64,000 nt of DNA from Raillietiella orientalis (lineage: Eukaryota): the NCBI GenBank assembly GCA_036172245.1, contig JAYWIR010000036.1, positions 558,001-622,000 of the forward strand, given 5' to 3'. This document shows, piece by piece, positions 56,302 to 64,000 of this stretch. Made by a program: the position numbers and the translations under genes. Each line of letters opens with the position of its first letter. Positions within the stretch are counted from its first letter, which is position 1. The notes under the pieces are model-generated. The model worked only from the letters and a program-made list of their open reading frames with translations. It was not told the DNA's origin and did not search any database.

Positions 56302-59300
56302 ATGAAGAACCCAAAACAGTGGAGTGTACCTGCGTCAACCTTTGCCAGGAAAACGTTCAACCCCATCCGATCTCTGCTGGAGACGTTGGATCTGCACCCG
56401 AACCCGGAAAAGCCGCTGATATCTCTGAGCATAGGTAAGACAGACAGACAGACAGACATCCCCCTCATGAGCGTGGTGGTTGGTGCGCTCCGGTGTTCCC
56501 CTCGAGACTTTCGGGCCCGCCCGTGAACGGAACAACGCGTGCGCCGAAGCAGGGCTACCCTTTACTCAGCAACTCATTCCGGAGAGGCGCAGTGTCCGCG
56601 CAGCTTGTTGCCTGCCTGCACACCAAACCACCCGGGCTTCCTGTGAGCTCTGGCCAGGCCAGGTGCGATGGCAACGAGCCTCAAGACGGGATCGGGTGGC
56701 GTCGCGGCGGTCCTCTCTTGCTGCCTTCGTTTTTTTGGCTTTCCCTTGGGAATTTCCAACTGAGATACCCCCTACAATAAGAGTGCGTGTTCTCACGTGT
56801 CTTGTGTGTGCGAGTGCGCGCGTGCATGACACTGTACATTGTATTTATTGAACGGTACAGCACACCGGAGTCCGAGTCCTATTGCAAAAAGTTCAGATCC
56901 ACCCGGGGGATCGTGAGGTTCACTACTGAAGGCTACTCGTGAAGCTGTACCACACGGGGAGGTGTTCCACTGGGAAAAAAGGCCACTGCCACCGGCGCTT
57001 TTCGGAGCTCGTTCTTATCTTCGATCAAAATGGCACGCACGAAACCTCCTCCCATTATGCTTCTTGCACATCGAGAGGTGCAGTAAAAACGGAATGCGCA
57101 AAGACTCTTAGGTTTCCACTCTGAAGGTTCCTCTCTTTTTTTTTTGTTTTTTTTAAATCCCCAACCGCAGAATTTTTGTTGCATCGAATGGCCGACTTTC
57201 AGCGAGCTTTGGGTGACGATGGCGAGAAGCCGCTGCAATCTCATAAATTAATTCGAAACAAAAGACGCAGCAGCTCTTGGGTCAGCCGTGAAAGATTCAT
57301 TCCTGGGCAAGTTTTTTCTAAGTGAATTCCTCTGGAACGTAACCCGAGGCCCAGATCTTCGATGCCCTTGCAGTGACAGCAGCGATTTCCCACATGAGGA
57401 TCTCGCTTTTTCTAGACTTGCTCTTCGGAAGATGGGCGAAAGACGGAACGCCTGCTGTGCGCGAAATCCGGAAAAGCAGCTGCCGCAGGGGCGGCATTAC
57501 GCATTGGAAGAGGAGTGAAATGCCTTCGCAACGAAAGTCTGGTTGTTGCCAAGGCAGCGAGAAGAGCGTTCCTCTTCTGCCGTTTTGCTACCTGGGTAAG
57601 GCGACTGGGAATGTCTCCGAGGGGTGAGGGGGGACAGTCGCAAGATACCTTTTGGCGTTTGTTTTTGCACGGATCGGTCATTGGCTGCAGCTCTCCAGTT
57701 TCACCCTTACGTTCACTTTGTTCTCACGATATTGTTCGGAACGAAGAACACGTTCGCTTCCGGACTCGACGCGCGGCGAAGCGACTCTCCTCTCACCGTC
57801 ACGAGAACGACAATAAGTCGACAGCGGTCACGTGATGCGATTGTTGAGGGTACCTTCGATCATTGAGTTCTGAACCCCGCGCCGGAAGTAGGGTCAGCGT
57901 TGCCACCTTCGGTACGTTGTATTGCGCGAGTGTTTTCTGAATTCAGGGAGGGACACCTTCGATCCTTGAGAGATCCTTGGCTCTTGGAGCAGAGAGGGTC
58001 GTCCGGATTGGTATGCATTGGGAACTACTCCACCTCCTCTTTGTCCTTCGGCAGCGCTCTCTTTCCTCGGAAAACTTCTGAGGCTTGTCAGGATGTTCGG
58101 TCGCCGTTTAGCGGCCTCCCTTTCCCCGGTTTGAGCAACGCTTGGGAAGCGTTCCGAAGAGGAAAAAAAAAAAAAAAGAAGCCGCACATCGTCCTTGGGA
58201 GTTTCGGGATCGGCCCGGTTCGCTCTCGGTTCTTCGCCTTCAGAAAACTCAGCACGCGCGAGCTCCAGAAGGCCTCCAAAACCTGCAGAAGGCGCTGGTC
58301 ATCTCAAGTCTCTCCCCACTTTTCCTTGCAGGGAGCGTTTTAGTGGATCTGGAAGGGGAGGACCACCACCAGGAGGCAGCAGCGAATGCGGCGGGGCGTT
58401 CCTACGGACAGGCGCCCGAATCTGCATGCTCTCGCGCATTCCGCTTCCGGAGAGTAATCTCCCGACCGGAGGAAGGGTTACCACGACTCTGACCGCGAGG
58501 GAGTGGAAGGGAGGGGTCTGCCGAGGTCATCAGGTCACGAAACGTAGCTCGCCACTGAGCTGAGGGTCATCCTAGATCTGTACACTGGCACCCACTCGTT
58601 CTGTACTCCAGCACTTGCACGTAGCCTTGGTTTTGTCCTCGAGCTGCTAGACCCCTGGAGAAGGAGGCGGCTGCTGAGGCAGAGAGACGACGGGAGAGGA
58701 TTGGGGGCGCAGGAGGGCGAATGTCCAGCGGCGGCAGCAGCAACCCCGCCACCGCTGTTTTTGTCGGAGGAGACGGGAGTGGGGAACCGGAAGTAACGAC
58801 GGAAAGGGAAAGAGAAGGATCCGAACGTTTCTGGGGCAACCGAAAGAAGAGTCAGCCGCGCTCGTTGTACCTGCGGTATCTGCAGGATGCCTACATCTGC
58901 CTGAGCAGAGATTCGCGTGGATGGGCATGAGGAGTCGACGTGCTAGAGTTGCGATCCAGTGCTGCCGCGGTCCTGCAGACAGGATGTCTCTTTCCGTCTT
59001 CCTCGGGGGCCAGCGAAGGGGTTCCACGGAATGCGACCATGCAGCAGTGCTGCCACAGCTGCCAGGGTTTGAAGGGACGGACCCGCCACACCGCCGATGA
59101 GGCCTGTTGTTCCGTCGGTGGATGCGCGCTCTCTCCTCCAGAGATCCGGAGGGTCTGGAGGAAAGAGAGCCGACTCCTCTTTCCCTTCCGTCACCAGAAT
59201 TGGAAGGGACGAGGAGCGCATGCTGTTCCCCTCTCACATGCTAGTCACGGGAAGGCGACGGTCCTTCCGGGAAGCCGATCCCTGCGCAGTGTCGTGTCAC

Positions 59301-62300
59301 CTGCGCGGCTTGTCCTCCAGGAGACATCCACCTCCATTTTCATTCTTCGGGGAAACCCCAGCAGTCTTCATGCTTACTCGCAGCTCTGTCCATCGTCTCG
59401 AAGGTAGAAAAGGCGTCCTGGATCGCGCTCCACTCCTTTCTTCATTAGGGAAGGGAATGGTTCCACCCATGGGGCGCAACAGCATCACGCTCCCCAGGGA
59501 CTGCCTGACCGACGCGGACAGAGAGAGGGCGGGGAACCCCGCGTAGGAACACCCTCTGGAACCCGTGAAGAGGGAGCAGCTTCAGCAAACAGTTGCTATT
59601 GTGGCGGAGCAGCTGAAGGCTCGAGGAACCCACCGATCCTCAGAGCGAACAAGAACGGATCGTCAGTGGCTTTGCCGGAGAACTTCCAGAAGGACGGGTC
59701 ATTCAAGGCTCCGCATCTCCATAATTGGACGTGCATGCAGCAGCTGGAGTGGGGGAGAGGACAGCAGTGGCAGCAGTTCGCCTTTGAGTGAGGAGGAAAG
59801 GGGGTCCCCCCGGAGAGTTGCTGGAGGAAGGCGAAATCTGAAAGAAGACAGTCAGAGTTTCAGAGAAGGGTTGAGGAATTTTCCCGAGGGTGCGAATGCC
59901 GCCCCTTAGAGGAGGAAGAAAACTCTCCCTCTTAATGGAATAGATAAGATCCGATGGCAGAGCAGCCAGAAAGAGTCGGCCGACTCTTACCAAGAATTCC
60001 ACGGATCGAGAGACGTCGCACCGTAGGAGATGGAAATACCAGCGTCTCCCTTTCCTCCTTCCTAGTTCTTCTCTCAATCCGAAACGCCAATTCTTTCCGG
60101 CAGTCCTCGTCTTAGGTCGCGTAATCTCGTTCGGACTTTCTCCGAACCCTGGCGTCAAACGCGGCAACTGGCAGAATACTCGACGTGACACGGCGACATA
60201 AGCTAAGGCAAAAGGCGCGAATACGTACGTGCACGGCAAGGTGCATCCTTTTCTCCCTTCATTCTTCCTCTCTTTCCTTTGTTATTCCTTTTTGTGGTTC
60301 GCTAAGTACCTCAAGCACCGTCGCGCGTCTTGCGACTCACACTCTTTAACGCTGTTCCATGCCACCCGAGGGTGCGTATAATTCTTCAAGATAGGGGGCA
60401 CCCCGATAGGGGACTACTCTATGAATCCAGGAAGGGCTTCAGAGAAGGGAGTCCGTTCCTCTCATGCCTGGGAAGGAATCTCCTTCCTTATTCTCTCCAG
60501 AGGGATCCCTCGGAGGAAGGAGTACTCCTCGTTTCTTCTCCGGAGGGAACCCGGAAAGGATCCGCTATTGGAATTTTTCTCCGGAGGAATCCTCAAGGCA
60601 ACCGCTCCTTGTTACTCCTATGAAGAGAACTCCGAAGGAACGCTTCCCAGCTGCTCTGAAGGGAGCTCCCCGAAGGGAGTGCACGCTTCTTGCATACTGG
60701 AGAGCTGTCATCAATCCACGAGATCCATGGTACGCGATGGAGGGTCCCTCCTGAGGAAGAAGGGGACGTCTCCTTTGCACAACCAGAGGGAAACCCCGAA
60801 GAGAACCGGTCTCCTTGATTGTTTCCTGGATGGACTCCGGAAGGTCGACTCCGAATCTCGGCACTAATCGGGAGTATCCGGTTTCATCAGCTACCAGTGC
60901 CGCATCCGAATATAGGCCAACCAAGGTCATCTTGCATGAAGAACTCGAAACCCACGACGCACCCATTTCTCTGGCATCGATTCTTTCCGAATATTCGAAC
61001 TCGCGATGCTTAATGCTACGCGCGGAGACCGCAACCATATGGCCTCCGATGCGGACGCCTGGCAGCTCTCGCTTTTTAGTTTTCTCGAGAGTGTTGCTTT
61101 TTTGAACGCGTCTTGTCTTTGGAGAGGAAACGCCTTTCCTCAGCGACGCCTTCCCACGTGCTCCGGGTGGTTCACAGCGATGCCCTGAGAGGAAGCTGCA
61201 TGGACTCTTCGCACCGAATGCGCGTATCTCAGGAGAAGGCTGCGTGGATGTGGTGATAATCTCAGAATGAAGGGACCCCGCAGAGATCCGCTGCAGCACT
61301 ACCTCTCTGTGCCTGAACCTGTTTCTTCAGGCTTCCAAGAAGCTCGGGAATTCGTCAGATGCGCTCCCGAATTGGGAAGCAGCAGGTCCGGCTCCGGACG
61401 AATTGAACCGTCGAAGAGAGAAACGGAAGTGCCTCTCCGGATGAGTCTGCAACGGCGGCGGAGGCAGCTGCAGGAAGACGGGACGGCGCCGAGTCCACTA
61501 AGAGAAAGGCAGGAGAAGGGGAGAAGGCAGAAGGCAGAGGGGGGTCCCGGAGAAAGGGTAGAACCGAAAGCACGTTGTGAGAGGAGGAATGACCGCTCCT
61601 GGCCATCCTTCGTCTTGCTCCTGAAGAACAACTGGGCGCCCTAGCAGACCACCTCATAAAGGAAGGAGGGAGGAACAGGGGAGAGACCCGCGACATGCTT
61701 CCTCTACCTCAGCAGTAAAACAGGGGGACCCGTCTTTCTCCTCAAAGAGAAGCGGCCGCGAGGAGCACCTGCGAAGGACCCAACCGAGGAGGGCAACGGC
61801 AGCTGCCATCCCGCTGCTCCCTGAGGAACTGTCCCATCTCCGAGGGGCGCTTCGGCGGGAAGGTCAATGAGTCCGAGGAAGCCAAGAGGCAGTGCTGGAT
61901 CCCCCTTGAAATGACGTCACGGAAGTGGAGGGAGGCAGGCCAGTAGGATGCAAGGCGAGGAAAGGAGGAAGTCGAATCGGAAAGAGGGAGCGGAGGTCGC
62001 CGTCGCCATCGCCTTTGCTTTCGACAGAAGGGACACCGGGAGAAGAGGGAAGAGAGGACGCGTTCTACAGTGGTCATCCTTCCCTCCTCGCTCATCCTGC
62101 ACGCCACTCAGTAGCATACTCCCTCGATCAACAGGGGAAGAGCGGTTTCCGCTGCGGGGGGCCTTCTGGCTAGGTAGGCGGGTGGTGGGTTGAGGAGTCG
62201 GGGTGAAGGGTGGGGGAAGTCCGTGATATCCAGGACTCCTTAATGCGGTAAGGGTGAGGGTCGCCGACGACTCCCCGAGACTTCCGATGCCATCTGCCAG

Positions 62301-63515
62301 GAGCAAGTGCCACGGGGGCAGCGATCGCATGGGGTGCGAGAGAAGGCAGACATCGAAGTGTCCGCACGCGGTGCGATCTGGTCTGCTCCTCTGTCAGCCG
62401 GGGACGAGGGGACTGTGCGTCCGTCTGACTCGCGCTGCCGCCGCGATCACTTGCGCGCGAAGCCATGGGTCTGTTGCCTGCAAGGAGCGCTGACTCCCTC
62501 CCCCCCTCACACCCTGCTCGTGCGCGGATACCCCGTGAGCGTTTCCTTCCTTTTGGCTTAGAGGGTGGGAGCGACCAGCTGACGTCTGTGACGCCTCTTC
62601 CGTCTCCTAGGAGACCCCACGGTTTTCGGCAACCTGAAAGCGTGCGATGAGATCGTGGAAGCTGTCATGGAGGTGGTCCAGAGTGGGAAGCACAATGGCT
62701 ATGCCCCCAGCACAGGTAAGGAGGGTCGGTAGGCGAGAGGGGCCGGTGTCCTCGACCTTCCTGCCCTTCCCTCCAAGTCGCAGGCTCGTTTGCTCCTGCC
62801 GGGGGGGCCTTCGGGCACCAGCTACGTGAACCGGAGAGGGGGAGGCGGCGGCCCAGCCTGGAATGGACAGGGAAAGAGGAGGCGGGTCCCAACCGAAGAG
62901 AAGCGCAATTTGGTACTGTTTTCGCTCTTCTTGCAGGCATCCCGGAGGCAAAGGAGGCCGTGGCGAAGTACTACCGAGACAGCGGCCTAGTCAACGTGGA
63001 GAGTAAGGTGAGGGCGGCTTCCCCCTCGCGGCGCCCCCCGGGGACCGGGGAGCATCGCGCAGCCCAACTACCGGCCCAGCAGCACTGAATGCAGCATCTC
63101 TTTTTTCTTCTCCTGTCCAGGACGTTATCCTTTGCAGTGGTTGCTCCTGCGCGCTGGATCTCTGCATCATGACCCTGGCCAGCCCTGGGCAGAACATCCT
63201 AGTCCCGAGGCCGGGGTTCTCCATCTACAAGACGCTCGCCGAGGGGCTGGGGGTCAGGACCAAACCCTACCGCCTCTTTGTGAGTTTCGAGGTCGGGATC
63301 TCTTCATCCAAGGACCCTTTTAGCCGGAGAGAGACTGGGAAGTGGATGTGGACCACCTGCGGAGCCTCATCGACGAAGACACCGCGGCTATCGTTATCAA
63401 CAACCCGTCCAACCCCTGCGGATCGGTGTACTCCAAGGAGCACCTCCGCAGTCTGCTGCAGGTCGCCGATGAGCACAGGGTCCCGCTGATCGCGGACGAA
63501 ATCTACGAGTACATG
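56302..63515 (+). CDS. TAT: Tyrosine aminotransferase, 5' five coding exons; gene continues beyond the window
   Basis: Exons 56302-56434, 62611-62715, 62937-63007, 63121-63279, 63324-63515. [98 protein letters not shown]. Confidence 0.96.
58300..59650 (-). mobile_element. Decayed L1/Tx1-like RT relic, antisense in TAT intron 1
   Basis: Minus-strand [31 protein letters not shown] resemble RGV.QG.PLS and ..F...GL.+N..KT. Frameshifted. Confidence 0.4.
60470..61049 (-). mobile_element. tRNA-headed SINE-like repeat, copy 3 (in TAT intron 1)
   Basis: Minus strand TCGGAGGCCATATGGTTGCGGTCTCCGCGCGTAGCA..CGCGAGTTCGAATATTCGG aligns with copy 1 (4680-4744). Homology continues through TGTGCAAAGGAGA, CTCTCCAGT and GCGGATCCTTTCCGGGTTCCCT.CGGAGAAG. 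Confidence 0.75.
61700..62500 (-). mobile_element. Probable GC-rich LINE relic (endonuclease-adjacent region), possibly the 5' part of the 58.3-59.6 kb element
   Basis: GC-rich and coding-like, with weak APE/post-EN resemblance ([21 protein letters not shown]). Confidence 0.25.
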
Positions 63516-63589
63516 GTGAGTCCAGAAGGGAGGCCCGTGGGAAACGGTCCGCCGCTTGGCGTTTTCCTTCCACAAGAGCGTCCTGCCCC

Positions 63590-64000
63590 ACATTGCCGGC
63601 GCCGCTCCTGCGGCTGGCGTCAGCTCCTCCTCCTCACATCGCTACCGTTGCTGCTCCTCTCCCCGCTTCATCTTTGCTCGTTTCTTGACGCTGTGACGCG
63701 CTCGCTGCTTCTGCGTCCACCGCGAGCACGCGTCACCGCCACTCCTGTCAGTTTTGGCAACGTTGGTTCCAATCATCGTTGGCTGTTGCTCATATCGTTA
63801 CTCTCATCACGATCACGTTGTCATCCAGGATTAGCAATACTCTTATTATAATTATTTATTGTTATTATTATTAGCATGAAGCGTTTTGTTACTGCCTCCC
63901 TGTTGTTCCTGTACTCTACTTTCATCATGCCTTTTACTTACCTTTGTTACTGCCCTTCTTATCGTCACATCTGATACTGTTATCCTTGTCGTTACTACTA
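63590..64000. repeat. Degenerate trinucleotide low-complexity tract in TAT intron 5
   Basis: ctcctcctc, gctgctc, ttattattattag and gttactacta; period-3 mosaic like 9720-10340. Confidence 0.55.

Noticed and set aside
60860..60905. CTGATGAAA on the minus strand of SINE copy 3 as a hammerhead ribozyme core
   Set aside because: No stem II between CUGANGA and GAAA, and the motif is not conserved in copies 1 and 2.

Overview
Eukaryotic (invertebrate, arthropod-like) genomic DNA with very short introns (many 41-63 nt). Exon chains built by hand are consistent with seven genes: the 3' part of p120 RasGAP (RASA1/vap, +), PHAX (-), an intronless SUMO (+), UBE2K (-), septin-7/peanut (+, with alternative terminal exons), SmD1/SNRPD1 (+, GC-AG first intron) and the 5' part of tyrosine aminotransferase (TAT, +). 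There is also a disabled, intronless LAMTOR2 copy (-). The housekeeping genes lie in AT-rich or CpG-poor DNA. Between them are GC/CpG-rich blocks (about 4.1-12.6 kb and most of 42.7-64 kb) that look like graveyards of heavily frameshifted non-LTR retrotransposons (CRE-like, NeSL/R2-type RLE, L1/Tx1-like, CR1/L2-like). These account for most of the spurious ORFs in the track. The most novel-looking signal is a roughly 700-bp tRNA-headed, SINE-like repeat present in three diverged copies, whose body is a string of GC-rich hairpins with UUCG-type/GNRA loops. Transposon clade calls come from by-eye motif matching across frameshifts and need profile searches. No CRISPR, rRNA or intact tRNA gene was found.
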